Part shown: one piece after another, positions 8,446 to 17,152 of the stretch | Layout of the letters: each line of letters opens with the position of its first letter | How positions within the stretch are numbered: position 1 is the first letter of the stretch | Notes under the pieces: model-generated | Told to the model about the DNA's origin: nothing | Seen by the model: the letters and a program-made list of their open reading frames with translations, nothing else | The model's database searches: none | Source: Terriglobia bacterium | GTDB lineage: Bacteria > Acidobacteriota > Terriglobia > Bryobacterales > Bryobacteraceae | Assembly: GCA_963841675.1 (NCBI GenBank) | Contig: CAWJEH010000017.1 | Coordinates: forward strand, 95,229 to 159,228 | DNA length: 64,000 nt | Direction: 5' to 3' | Translations under genes and position numbers: made by a program

Positions 8446-10158
8446 TTGGCACAGAGCTCTCAAATGCTGGAGCATGAGACTTCCGCTCCAACGGCCCTCC
8501 ACGACAAACAGCCCAGTTTCTCGACACTGCTCTCAGCAGGTGCTCGTCGCGGGCCACGACGCGTGTCAGCGTTTTCCCTCTCTGTAATATTGCACACGCT
8601 TGCGATCGCGGTTATGACGTTGTGGTCTGTGGACGCACCCCAGGGTAAAGCTGTCTCTTCCCCTAAACGGAGGTACTCCGTCCGCTTTCTGCAGCTGGCG
8701 CCGCTTCAGGAAATTAAGCAACGCGCCCTTGCGGCCACGGCCGGTCAAGGCGCAGGAGCAATGAAATCCCGAGGATTACCGAATTTGCAAGCGCGCCTGA
8801 CGGAGCGAGCTCCGGGAAATCTGGCAGGTTCGGAGGGATCCGAAGCCAAGCCCGCGGCTGAAACAGCCAGACCGGAGCGCCGCCGTTTTCAATTGCCGCC
8901 GACTGCTCACGTAGATCCGGTGAAACAGAGTCTAGTCCAAATGGATCTGCCGCCCAACATCTTGATGAAGCAGGACATTCCACTTCCGACGGTGGTTCTG
9001 TGGACCGAAACCGGACCCGCGCCGCCGATGAAAAAGACGTTCGTCGCGCCACCCATCAAAGAAGTCCCTAAGGTGGTACAACATCTGCCTAGAGCGCCTA
9101 TACTCGAACGTCCGAACCTGGAAACCAACGTTGCAGATCTCAACATGGCCAGCACCGTTCTCACGGATACTCCTCACCTGGTTCGTCCGCCGGGGATAGC
9201 CCCTCCCATCTCGAGCAAAGGGCAGCAAGCGGCGAAAGAGATTCCCAAGATCAGGGTGGCCGATTCCACTCAACCAAGCGCGGCCAACGTAATTTCCCTG
9301 CCGGTCAATCCGTCGCAGACGTCCCGGTTGCTGGTTCTTCCGCCGGTAAACCAGGTTGCCCCTTCGGATGCAGGAAATGACGGCATTTCGACCGCCTCGG
9401 GCAGCGCAGGCGGGGCCGGGAGCTCCGGGACTGAGGGCCGGGGTCTGAGCGCCTCTTCGCAAGTCACCTCGGAAAGCGCCGGTCGAGGAATTGCGGGAGG
9501 CGGATCGGGAACCGCCGCAGGAGTCAACGGCAGCCCCGGCGGGTCTTCTAGCTCAGGCAAGACGCCCAATTCAGGAAACGGAATACCCAGATCCGGGGCC
9601 GGGGGCACGGGGACCGGTTCTTCGGGTAGCGCGGCGAGCGGTTCTGGGACAAGCGGATCGCTGGGAACGCTTGGGGATATGGCTGGCGTGACACGAATCA
9701 CACTGCCCAAGGACGGCAAGTTTGGTGTGGTTGTGCTCGGGTCTGCCGGTTCGACGCCGTATCCGGAGAGCGTGGGTGCACTAAGCGGCAAGGTTGTCTA
9801 CACGGTTTACATGAAAGTCGGGCTCCGCAAGAGCTGGATTTTGCAGTACTGCCTTCCCAAAGCGACAGGCCTAAATGCCGTGAATGGAACGAGCACGACA
9901 CCCCTAGTCGCGCCCTGGCCTTTTCTTATACTGCGTCCAGACCAGCTGGCCGATGCTGATACGGATTACATCATCGTGCACGGGATACTGAATTCCGCAG
10001 GACAATTCGATCAGCTGGCGATGGTCTTTCCCGCCGAGCTCAATAAGAAAGATTTGCTGCTGAAGTCGCTAAAGCTGTGGGCCTTCCGACCGGCGAGCCG
10101 GGACGGAGTGCCGGTAGCGGTTGAGGTTCTGCTGATTATTCCGAGAGAGGACGGATAG
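8446..10158 (+). CDS. membrane-anchored protein with long Pro-rich and Gly/Ser-rich linker and TonB-C-terminal-like domain
   Basis: 570 aa. The N-terminal anchor is RRVSAFSLSVILHTLAIAVMTLW. A ~300-aa Pro-rich then G/S-rich disordered region follows. The C-terminus DLLLKSLKLWAFRPASRDGVPVAVEVLLIIP resembles the TonB C-terminal motif (W.F.PA...G.PV). The start is uncertain: TTG 8446 or ATG 8464. Confidence 0.5.
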   Translation: MAQSSQMLEHETSAPTALHDKQPSFSTLLSAGARRGPRRVSAFSLSVILHTLAIAVMTLWSVDAPQGKAVSSPKRRYSVRFLQLAPLQEIKQRALAATAGQGAGAMKSRGLPNLQARLTERAPGNLAGSEGSEAKPAAETARPERRRFQLPPTAHVDPVKQSLVQMDLPPNILMKQDIPLPTVVLWTETGPAPPMKKTFVAPPIKEVPKVVQHLPRAPILERPNLETNVADLNMASTVLTDTPHLVRPPGIAPPISSKGQQAAKEIPKIRVADSTQPSAANVISLPVNPSQTSRLLVLPPVNQVAPSDAGNDGISTASGSAGGAGSSGTEGRGLSASSQVTSESAGRGIAGGGSGTAAGVNGSPGGSSSSGKTPNSGNGIPRSGAGGTGTGSSGSAASGSGTSGSLGTLGDMAGVTRITLPKDGKFGVVVLGSAGSTPYPESVGALSGKVVYTVYMKVGLRKSWILQYCLPKATGLNAVNGTSTTPLVAPWPFLILRPDQLADADTDYIIVHGILNSAGQFDQLAMVFPAELNKKDLLLKSLKLWAFRPASRDGVPVAVEVLLIIPREDG

Positions 10159-10302
10159 CGCAGGAGCAGTATTATTGCGAAATCACCATCTGGGAGGAGC
10201 TGCTCATCGTTAGCGTTCTGGAGAACACGAACGGATTGCTAGGGTGTAGTGATACGTTAGCCTGACTGAGACTGAAGTCTGAGGATTGTTGTTGTGTCAC
10301 GC

Positions 10303-10317
10303 TGGGGTCACAGTTGC
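10303..10317 (+). promoter_or_regulatory. possible sigma54-type promoter for tadG-tadE-tadE (weaker match)
   Basis: TGGGGTCACAGTTGC has correct GG-N10-GC spacing but G instead of C at the fourth position. It lies 88 nt upstream of ATG 10405. No TGT-N2-ACA sites were seen upstream. Confidence 0.3.
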
Positions 10318-10404
10318 CCACCGAATGATGGGCAAAAACGAACATCAACGAGTGCGGCTCTCACGCCATTCGGATCCTGGCGAGTTTTCGATCGTCGTAT
10401 TGAG

Positions 10405-11645
10405 ATGAGGTTTTCACGCTCCCGCAGGGAAGCTAGGCGAATATTCGGGGATGAGAGCGGGCAAACGTTAGTGTTTGTCGTTTTATCCATGACACTGCTG
10501 CTTGGTTTTCTTGGATTCGCGGCTGATGTGGGTACCCTGTTTTACGCGAAAAGGCAGATACAAACAGCTGCCGATGCCGCCGCGATCGCTGGAGCGGCGG
10601 AACTGAACTACGGAAACTGGTCGACGGCTGCCCAGGACGCGGCAGCGCAGAACCACGTTGCAAATGGAAGTGGCGGAAGCGTGGTTACGGTAAACAGTCC
10701 ACCGCTCTATGGGAACTACAACGGTCTCTCCGGATATGTGGAGGCCATCGTTTCGCAACCACAGTCAACGATCTTTATGGGTATGTTCGGTCGAGGTTCA
10801 GTTACAGTCACGGCTCGAGCGGTCGGCCACTGGGGATCGAGCCGGACCTGTATCGCAACGCTGGGCACCTCGGGCACCGGCATTTCAGTAACAACGAGCA
10901 GTTCTAATCCGACACTCAATGCCCCCTTGTGTGGAATTTCCGATAACTCGTCTCTCACGGTGACTTCCAGCGGTGCCTCCCATCCAATAGTTGCTAATTC
11001 AATAGGCGTGTCGGGAAGCTATTCCCATACCGGAGGAACCGTTTCTCCGGCGCCGGTGGTGGGCATCGTTCCGGTAAGCGACCCATTGGCTTACCTCGCG
11101 GCGCCTCCGAGCGGGCCATGCCTCTCGAATCTTACTATTGTTGCCAGCGGAGGAACAGTCAATATCCCTCAGGGGAACTACTGCAGCGGAATTTCTATCA
11201 CTGCTTCCGGAACCACCGTGAATTTCGCCCCTGGGACTTATACCATCAGCGGCGGGTTGAGCATCACCGGTAGCGGAATCACCATCAACGGAACCGACGT
11301 AACCTTTTACATTCAGAGCGGCGCTCTTAATGTCACTCCTTCTCTGGGAGTACATTCAACCTTAGCGCGCCTACGTCGGGTACATACAACGGGGTTTTAT
11401 TCGACCAGAGTTCAAGTGACACCTCGGGAGCGCAAATCACCGAAAGTGGCACCAATTCGACGTTTGAAGGGGTCCTCTATTTCCCCGACGCTTCATTCAC
11501 AATGACCGCGAGCGGGAGTACCGCCAATCTTTATTTGGCTTTCGTGGTCAAATCTCTTACCCTAACTACCTCGGGCAGTGCCATAAAGGATTATGCCTCA
11601 CTTTATGGAACATCCCCGATAGGAGCGGCCGCCCTGGCGGAGTAA
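10405..11645 (+). pseudogene. tadG: TadG-like Flp pilus assembly protein (Tad N-terminal pseudopilin-like domain), reading frame broken by a 1-nt frameshift near 11331-11347
   Basis: The N-terminus GDESGQTLVFVVLSMTLLLGFLGFAADVGTLFYAKRQIQTAADAAAIAGAAEL is the TadG-N signature. The frame from 10405 ends in nonsense-looking residues (GVHSTLARLRRVHTTGFY...). The adjacent frame, open from 11331, encodes GSTFNLSAPTSGTYNGVLFDQSSSDTSGAQITESGTNSTFEGVLYFPDASFTMTASGS...AALAE and stops at 11645, 2 nt before the tadE ATG. Confidence 0.75.
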
Positions 11646-11647
11646 TT

Positions 11648-12181
11648 ATGAAGATTATGACGAAGACACATGCACAGAATTGCGAAAAGCGGTGGCTTGG
11701 AAGGGTCATGTGCGGAATGGATCGGGACAGCGAAGCTGGGACCGCACTCGTTGAATTGGCGCTGACATTGCCAGTCCTCGTAGCCCTGCTGGCTGGAGCG
11801 GCTCAGTACGGGCGGCTCGCGTATCTTGCGATCGAAGTTGCCAATGCCGCACGAGCCGGTGTTGCATATGGCGCGCAAAACCACGCTACGGCGTCGGACA
11901 TTGCGAACATGAGACAGGCGGCGCTCAATGATGGTGCCGATGTAACAGGTTCCGATGTGACGACCGCGTTGAGCGCCACTGCATCGAACCTCTGCGCCTG
12001 CTCCAACGCTCTTACCTCTACTTCTGCCTGTAGTAGCACCTTCAGTTGTTCTGGAACCAATCGTATCGTCGAGTACGTTCAAGTAAACACCACAGCTGGC
12101 GTGACGTCTCAGATCTATGTCCCCGGCCTTTCAAGAACATTCACCTTGAATGGTCAAGCCATCATGAGGGTGGCCCAGTGA
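11648..12181 (+). CDS. tadE: TadE-like pseudopilin / pilus assembly protein
   Basis: The block SEAGTALVELALTLPVLVALLAGAAQYGRLAYLAIEVANAARAGV matches the TadE-family N-terminal hydrophobic segment with its conserved E. The functional start may be an internal Met (MCGMDRD). Confidence 0.8.
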   Translation: MKIMTKTHAQNCEKRWLGRVMCGMDRDSEAGTALVELALTLPVLVALLAGAAQYGRLAYLAIEVANAARAGVAYGAQNHATASDIANMRQAALNDGADVTGSDVTTALSATASNLCACSNALTSTSACSSTFSCSGTNRIVEYVQVNTTAGVTSQIYVPGLSRTFTLNGQAIMRVAQ

Positions 12182-12220
12182 TATACCTAAAGATCGCAGT
12201 CGGTCGGAACTGAGTCGAGC

Positions 12221-12712
12221 GTGATGGGACGATTTCACGATCAGCTGTCTCTGCGGGTCGCGAGTGCGCGCAGGCTTAGCGTTCGACTTCGCCCGACTCC
12301 GTGTCTTATCCGAAGTGAGCACGGCGCAACCCTCATCGAGACCGCTCTTTCGTTTGCGATTGTTTTAAGCATGACAATCGGCATCATGGAGATCGGCCTG
12401 GCGCTTTATAGCTATCACTTTGTGTCCGAGGCCGCGCGTGACGCAACTCGTTACGCCATGGTTCGGGGGTCGTCCTGCACCGCCACGGGTTGCCCAGCCA
12501 CAAACTCAAGCGTTCAGAGTTATATCACAGGGTTGGGCTATCCCGGAATCGATCCGAGCAAAATGAGTGTCAGCACAACATGGCCATCTACGAACGCCCC
12601 AGGAAATTCCGTAAAGGTGACCGCAACTTATCAGTTTCCACTGTCGGTCCCGTTTGTGACAATCAGCACGATCAACATGAGCAGCACGTCTGAGATGGTG
12701 ATTTCGCAGTGA
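12221..12712 (+). CDS. TadE/TadF-like pseudopilin
   Basis: The block SEHGATLIETALSFAIVLSMTIGIMEIGLALYSYHFVSEAARDATRYAMV is a TadE-family segment. This is the second copy in tandem. Confidence 0.8.
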   Translation: MMGRFHDQLSLRVASARRLSVRLRPTPCLIRSEHGATLIETALSFAIVLSMTIGIMEIGLALYSYHFVSEAARDATRYAMVRGSSCTATGCPATNSSVQSYITGLGYPGIDPSKMSVSTTWPSTNAPGNSVKVTATYQFPLSVPFVTISTINMSSTSEMVISQ

Positions 12713-12848
12713 GACACCTCAAGAGCACCTAGAATTCCCACTCCACATAGCATGCACCTGAGATCGACGCCCTGGCTATACAGCTACTCTCGTTGCCTAA
12801 TCGTTTCATGAGTGCCTCTCACTCACGCGTACCGGGAATCAGCGCACG

Positions 12849-13265
12849 TCACTGCGTACCCGCTTCTTTGCCGAGGATGTCGCGAATAAACCCCTTCAAA
12901 GCTTTTCGTTCTTGGCTTCCGCCCAACATAAATTTGACGCCAACCCCCCCATCGGCATCCTGGCGAATGACTTTGCAAGGAATCGACAGAAATAGTGGGG
13001 CAACTGCGGTTCCATTTTGCGTGGTTCTTTGCTGAAGCGTTATCGTAAGAATTGTTCCGACGTACCAACGTTCCGTCGCGTGTATATAAGCGCCCGTAAG
13101 GCTGATATCCCTCACAGCGCGTTCCTTTGGAGCGCCACCGTCCCAGTAATGAGCCACGATTCCGGTGATCGGATACCGCTGCGCGCGTTTTTTCCGAGAC
13201 GGGTTCTGTTCCCACCAGCTCAGAATCGGCATACGACTATCGCTCCAGCGAGCGTTTTCCTTCAT
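12849..13265 (-). CDS. PilZ-domain protein (putative c-di-GMP receptor)
   Basis: 138 aa. An RxxxR-like basic motif (RKKRAQRYP) is followed about 25 aa later by DISLTGAY (D-x-S-x-x-G). The start codon overlaps the stop of the upstream DUF192 gene (ATGA, 13262-13265). Confidence 0.7.
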   Translation of the reverse strand: MKENARWSDSRMPILSWWEQNPSRKKRAQRYPITGIVAHYWDGGAPKERAVRDISLTGAYIHATERWYVGTILTITLQQRTTQNGTAVAPLFLSIPCKVIRQDADGGVGVKFMLGGSQERKALKGFIRDILGKEAGTQ

Positions 13266-13705
13266 CCGGATGCCGACTTATGACTCACCTCAGTTTGGTT
13301 CTCCTTCAAATAGGTCTTCATCTCATCCGGCGAGCAGATCAGCAGTTCATCACCTACGGCTGTCTGCGAGGAGTAGATTGTGCGAGTCGGCAGTTCCAAA
13401 ACACTCGAACAATTCTTTCGGATGGGCCCGATCCGGAACGTTCCAAACGATTCAGCTAACTGTATGACACGGTTCTGAGAATCCAGATAGATCAAATCGA
13501 TCGCAAAGAGCACACCGATCGTATGAACTCCCTGCGAGGGAATCACCCAAATACCCTCGTCGGATTTGAGCCGAAGTCTCCCGACCAATCCCAACAGACG
13601 TTTGAGATGCGTATCGGCGGGCGCAACACTCAAGCTTAAAAACGACTCCCGCGTCTTGTTGAATACGCAGTAGCGTTGCTGCGATTTTTTCTTATCGCCG
13701 TTCAA
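13262..13705 (-). CDS. DUF192 (UPF0127/COG1430) family protein, copy 2
   Basis: 147 aa. The blocks LKRLLGLVGR...EGIWVIPSQGVHTIGVLFAIDLIYLD...SVLELPTRT parallel the blocks in 5291..5635. It is translationally coupled to the PilZ gene. Confidence 0.75.
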   Translation of the reverse strand: MNGDKKKSQQRYCVFNKTRESFLSLSVAPADTHLKRLLGLVGRLRLKSDEGIWVIPSQGVHTIGVLFAIDLIYLDSQNRVIQLAESFGTFRIGPIRKNCSSVLELPTRTIYSSQTAVGDELLICSPDEMKTYLKENQTEVSHKSASG

Positions 13706-13795
13706 TCCGTTACCCTATCCTTTAACTAACCCCACTCTATACCAGCCTGCAGAACGATCCGTACTAATCGACAACCTCTTGATCTCCCGTGTAAT

Positions 13796-13891
13796 TTATC
13801 TAACGCGGGTACGACGACGCTGGATCAAAATGACCAGCACTACGACGAACAAGACGCCAGCGATGATCCGGATCAGAGTTGTACTATCCAT
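13796..13891 (-). CDS. unlisted 31-aa single-pass membrane peptide (MDSTTLIRIIAGVLFVVVLVILIQRRRTRVR)
   Basis: It is below the ORF-track size cutoff. The ATG at 13891-13889 is preceded by AAAGGAGAATCAAGTT (AGGAG, 9-nt spacer). It lies 30 nt downstream of the tadC stop. The hydrophobic core plus polybasic tail gives a positive-inside topology. Confidence 0.5.
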   Translation of the reverse strand: MDSTTLIRIIAGVLFVVVLVILIQRRRTRVR

Positions 13892-13921
13892 AACTTGATT
13901 CTCCTTTCTGCCGGCATCCGG

Positions 13922-14836
13922 CTACTTGAAGTTCTTTTGAAAGGACTCCACCATGATAAGGATGGCCGGTCCGAGCGTCACAACGAAGATTGCCGGAAAG
14001 ATAAAGAGGACCAGCGGGAATACCAGCTTTACTGCCGTTTTCGCAGCAAGTTCTTCGACCCGCTGCCGCCGCTGTACTCGTAAGGTATCGGAGTAGGTGC
14101 GCAAGGTTTTTGCGATGCCGGTCCCGAACTGCTCTGCCTGAATCACCGCAGAGACAAGCGTACGCATGATATCGATATCGACCCGCTCCGCCAGATGCCT
14201 CCAGGCATCTACCCGCGGACGCCCGGCACGCTGTTCCAGCAAGACTAATCCCAGTTCATCGCTGAGCTCCGGTTGACTGCCGCGCAGTTCGTCTACCGAG
14301 CGGCTAAGCGCCTGATCAAGGCTCAAGCCCGCTTCGATGCAGACTACCATCAAATCTAGAATCTCCGGCAGCCCCAGCCGAATGTTCGATTGTCTTTTCG
14401 CAATCCGTCGCCCCAACCAGAAATCCGGGGCTAGATAGCCTAGAGCCAGACACAACACATAAACAAAAAAAGGGCTGAGATGACTAATTCCACTAGCAGC
14501 AGCGAGTATGCATAACCAGATAGGAACCAGGACTTTGGCGCCGTAGAGAATGCGTACATGAGCGTCTTCTCGATAGCCAGCCCGAATGAGACGTTGTTGG
14601 GCTATCGAGACCTCTTTCGGGCTCTTCGGCAGCACCTTGTCGAACGGTTGGACAGCCGCCTTGAGCGACTTTCCCGCGCGGCTAATCTTCAGCCGGCTCC
14701 ACCAACTCTCGTCTTCAGCATGGGGAGAAATCGCCACCGAAAGCCGGCGCATCATTCCGGCACGGTAGAAGATCAGGAGGCCGCCGCTGCCGATCAGTAG
14801 GAATATTGCAAAGAACGTGAAAAGAGCAAGGCTCAT
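13922..14836 (-). CDS. tadC: Tad pilus inner-membrane platform protein TadC (T2SS-F family)
   Basis: 304 aa with the T2SSF-domain block LPEILDLMVVCIEAGLSLDQALSRS and three TM segments. It lies 9 nt after tadB. Confidence 0.9.
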   Translation of the reverse strand: MSLALFTFFAIFLLIGSGGLLIFYRAGMMRRLSVAISPHAEDESWWSRLKISRAGKSLKAAVQPFDKVLPKSPKEVSIAQQRLIRAGYREDAHVRILYGAKVLVPIWLCILAAASGISHLSPFFVYVLCLALGYLAPDFWLGRRIAKRQSNIRLGLPEILDLMVVCIEAGLSLDQALSRSVDELRGSQPELSDELGLVLLEQRAGRPRVDAWRHLAERVDIDIMRTLVSAVIQAEQFGTGIAKTLRTYSDTLRVQRRQRVEELAAKTAVKLVFPLVLFIFPAIFVVTLGPAILIMVESFQKNFK

Positions 14837-14845
14837 GAAAATCCC

Positions 14846-15814
14846 TCAAACCCGAATGCGGATGATCTTTCGGATGGTCAGTGCTCCGATCACCATCATC
14901 ACCGCGGCGGTGTAAAGCATCTTCAGACCCATCGGCCGTGTCCAGAGCAGGCTAATGCCCTTCGGATTGACTATGAAAAGAAGGGTTCCAAGAACGATAG
15001 GAAGGAAGGTAAGAATCCATCCCGTGAGGCGGCCTTGAGCGGTTTTGATCTGGATTTCCTTCCGTAAGCGAAATCGCTCACGGATGACGTACGAGCACTT
15101 GTCCAGCACCTCGGCGAGATTTCCGCCCGTTTCCTTCTGAATAAGAATGGCTGTCATCATGATGCGCACATCCTGAATCGGGACTCGAACAGCCAGGTTT
15201 TCCATCGCGGTACGCAGTTCCAGGCCGTAGTTCTGCTCGTCAAAGCAGATGCGGAACTCCCGGCCAATCGGGTCCGGCATCTCACGGGCAACAAGACCGA
15301 GAGAAGCCACCAGGCTGTGCCCGCTCCGGAGGCCGCTGACCATAAGGTCAAGCGTCGGGGGCAGCCCCTCTTCGAACTTGGCGAAGCGCTTGGCCCGTTT
15401 GTGAAATACGTACACGAAGGGCACAGCGGCGGGGGCCAACCCAAGAATCATCGAGAACAAAAAAGCATTGGTCTTCAGATAGATCAGATAGGTGCCAAAG
15501 ACATAAACCGTGAAAGCCAGTAGCAACAATCCGCCGGGAGTCCATTTGACATCAGCCTGATACAGCAGCCGCCGCAATTTCGGAGTGGCTTCCAGGCGTA
15601 GAAGCAGACGATTCAGAAAGGGGATCGTACTGAGCAGTTCCTGCTTCCGAATGTCGATCAGCTCGTCTTTGATTGCGCCCGTTGCAGTCGCCAGGACAGC
15701 ATCGAGCCGGGCCAAAGTCTGCTTCTCCCGTTCCGAGGCACCTGTTCCACTCGCTGCGAGCAGAAGAGCAGCTATCACGAATACAGCTAGAAAAACGACC
15801 GACGCAAGCAGCAT
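14846..15814 (-). CDS. tadB: Tad pilus inner-membrane platform protein TadB (T2SS-F family)
   Basis: 322 aa with the block LPPTLDLMVSGLRSGHSLVASLGLVAREMPDPIGREF typical of TadB/GspF-like proteins. Confidence 0.9.
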   Translation of the reverse strand: MLLASVVFLAVFVIAALLLAASGTGASEREKQTLARLDAVLATATGAIKDELIDIRKQELLSTIPFLNRLLLRLEATPKLRRLLYQADVKWTPGGLLLLAFTVYVFGTYLIYLKTNAFLFSMILGLAPAAVPFVYVFHKRAKRFAKFEEGLPPTLDLMVSGLRSGHSLVASLGLVAREMPDPIGREFRICFDEQNYGLELRTAMENLAVRVPIQDVRIMMTAILIQKETGGNLAEVLDKCSYVIRERFRLRKEIQIKTAQGRLTGWILTFLPIVLGTLLFIVNPKGISLLWTRPMGLKMLYTAAVMMVIGALTIRKIIRIRV

Positions 15815-15833
15815 TATCTCTTCTCCACTATGC

Positions 15834-17114
15834 TCAGCTCACTTCCATGGTTTTTTCGAACAGCTCGCCCGGAAGCAGCACCCCGGCGACGCGTAAGCGC
15901 TCCAGAAATCTCGGGCGAATGCCGCTCGGACGAAATTCTCCGATCACGTTGCCGCTCGGTCCGATACCCTTCTTCACGAAAGTGAAGATGTCATGCATGC
16001 TGATCACGTTTTCATCCATTCCCGTGATCTCGGAGACATTCATCACTTTCCTGGTGCCATCGCTCATGCGCGCGCACTGTACCACAATGGTCAGGGCGGC
16101 GGCGATCTGGTGCCGCACGGTCCGCTCCGGGAGATTCAGGCTGCCCATCGCCACCATCGACTCGAGCCGCATGAGTGCGTCGCGCGGGCTGTTGGCGTGA
16201 ATGGTGGTCATCGAACCCTCGTGGCCGGTGTTCATCGCTTGTAGCATATCGAAGGCCTCCTCACCACGGACCTCACCGATGATAATGCGGTCCGGCCGCA
16301 TGCGGAGGCTATTGGTCAGCAGCTGGCGCTGCCGGATCGCTCCTTCGCCTTCCACGTTGGGAGGTCTGGTTTCGAGCCTTACTACGTTCTCCTGCGCAAG
16401 CTGTAACTCGGCGGCATCTTCGATGGTGACCAAGCGCTCGGTGGACGGAATATACTGCGAAAGCATATTCAAGAACGTCGTTTTACCGGCACCGGTACCG
16501 CCCGAGATCAAAATGCTGATACGGGCGCGAACGGCGGCTGAGAGAAGCTGCAGTATCTCGGGCGACGCACTTTTCAGACCCACCAGCGCATCGGCCGAAA
16601 GAGGACCTGTTCCAAAACGCCGGATGGATAATGCAGGACCGTCCAGGGCGAGCGGAGGGATAATGGCGTTTACACGGGAGCCATCCGGAAGCCGCGCGTC
16701 CACCATCGGCGAGGACTCGTCGACCCTTCTGCCTACCTGCGAGACGATTCGATCGATGATCTGAAGGAGATGGCGGTCATCCCGGAAAACCACATCGGTT
16801 TTTTGCAGAATACCGCCTCGCTCGATATAAACCAGGTTCTTGCTATTTACGAGGATGTCGGACACCTTCGAGTCGCGCAGCAGCCCTTCGAGGGGACCCA
16901 ACCCGAAAACCTCATCCAGCAAGTCCGACTGAATTTTCTCTTTTTCGGCAGCGCTCAGGGGCAGCTTGCCATCGGTGATGATCGTCTGAACAAGGTTTGC
17001 CACAGCCTGCCTCGCTTTCGCGGGCTGCACCGTCGCCAGCTTCTCCAGATCGACCTTGGAAATCAGCGTTCGATGGATTTCGGCCTTGAATTGCTCGAAA
17101 TTCAATTTTTCCAT
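15834..17114 (-). CDS. cpaF: Tad pilus secretion ATPase CpaF/TadA
   Basis: 426 aa. It carries Walker A ([14 protein letters not shown]), the Asp box and Walker B ([15 protein letters not shown]), and the His box ([12 protein letters not shown]). Confidence 0.95.
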   Translation of the reverse strand: MEKLNFEQFKAEIHRTLISKVDLEKLATVQPAKARQAVANLVQTIITDGKLPLSAAEKEKIQSDLLDEVFGLGPLEGLLRDSKVSDILVNSKNLVYIERGGILQKTDVVFRDDRHLLQIIDRIVSQVGRRVDESSPMVDARLPDGSRVNAIIPPLALDGPALSIRRFGTGPLSADALVGLKSASPEILQLLSAAVRARISILISGGTGAGKTTFLNMLSQYIPSTERLVTIEDAAELQLAQENVVRLETRPPNVEGEGAIRQRQLLTNSLRMRPDRIIIGEVRGEEAFDMLQAMNTGHEGSMTTIHANSPRDALMRLESMVAMGSLNLPERTVRHQIAAALTIVVQCARMSDGTRKVMNVSEITGMDENVISMHDIFTFVKKGIGPSGNVIGEFRPSGIRPRFLERLRVAGVLLPGELFEKTMEVS

Positions 17115-17152
17115 TGCCTTACCTACGTGTGAAGATCAAGGTAGATGTCTGC

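Noticed and set aside
8447-8461. A perfect TGGCAC hexamer (TGGCACAGAGCTCTC) that looks like a sigma54 -24 box in front of or at the 8446 ORF.
   Set aside because: The -12 position reads TCTC instead of TTGC, and the element overlaps the putative start codon itself. A second candidate, GGGCATCTTATTGCA at 8421-8435, has GG-to-GC spacing one base too short.
9400-9700. A repetitive-looking Gly/Ser/Ala-coding stretch that might be a DNA tandem repeat or array.
   Set aside because: It shows no fixed repeat unit or spacer structure at the DNA level. It is simply low-complexity coding sequence inside the 8446-10158 ORF.
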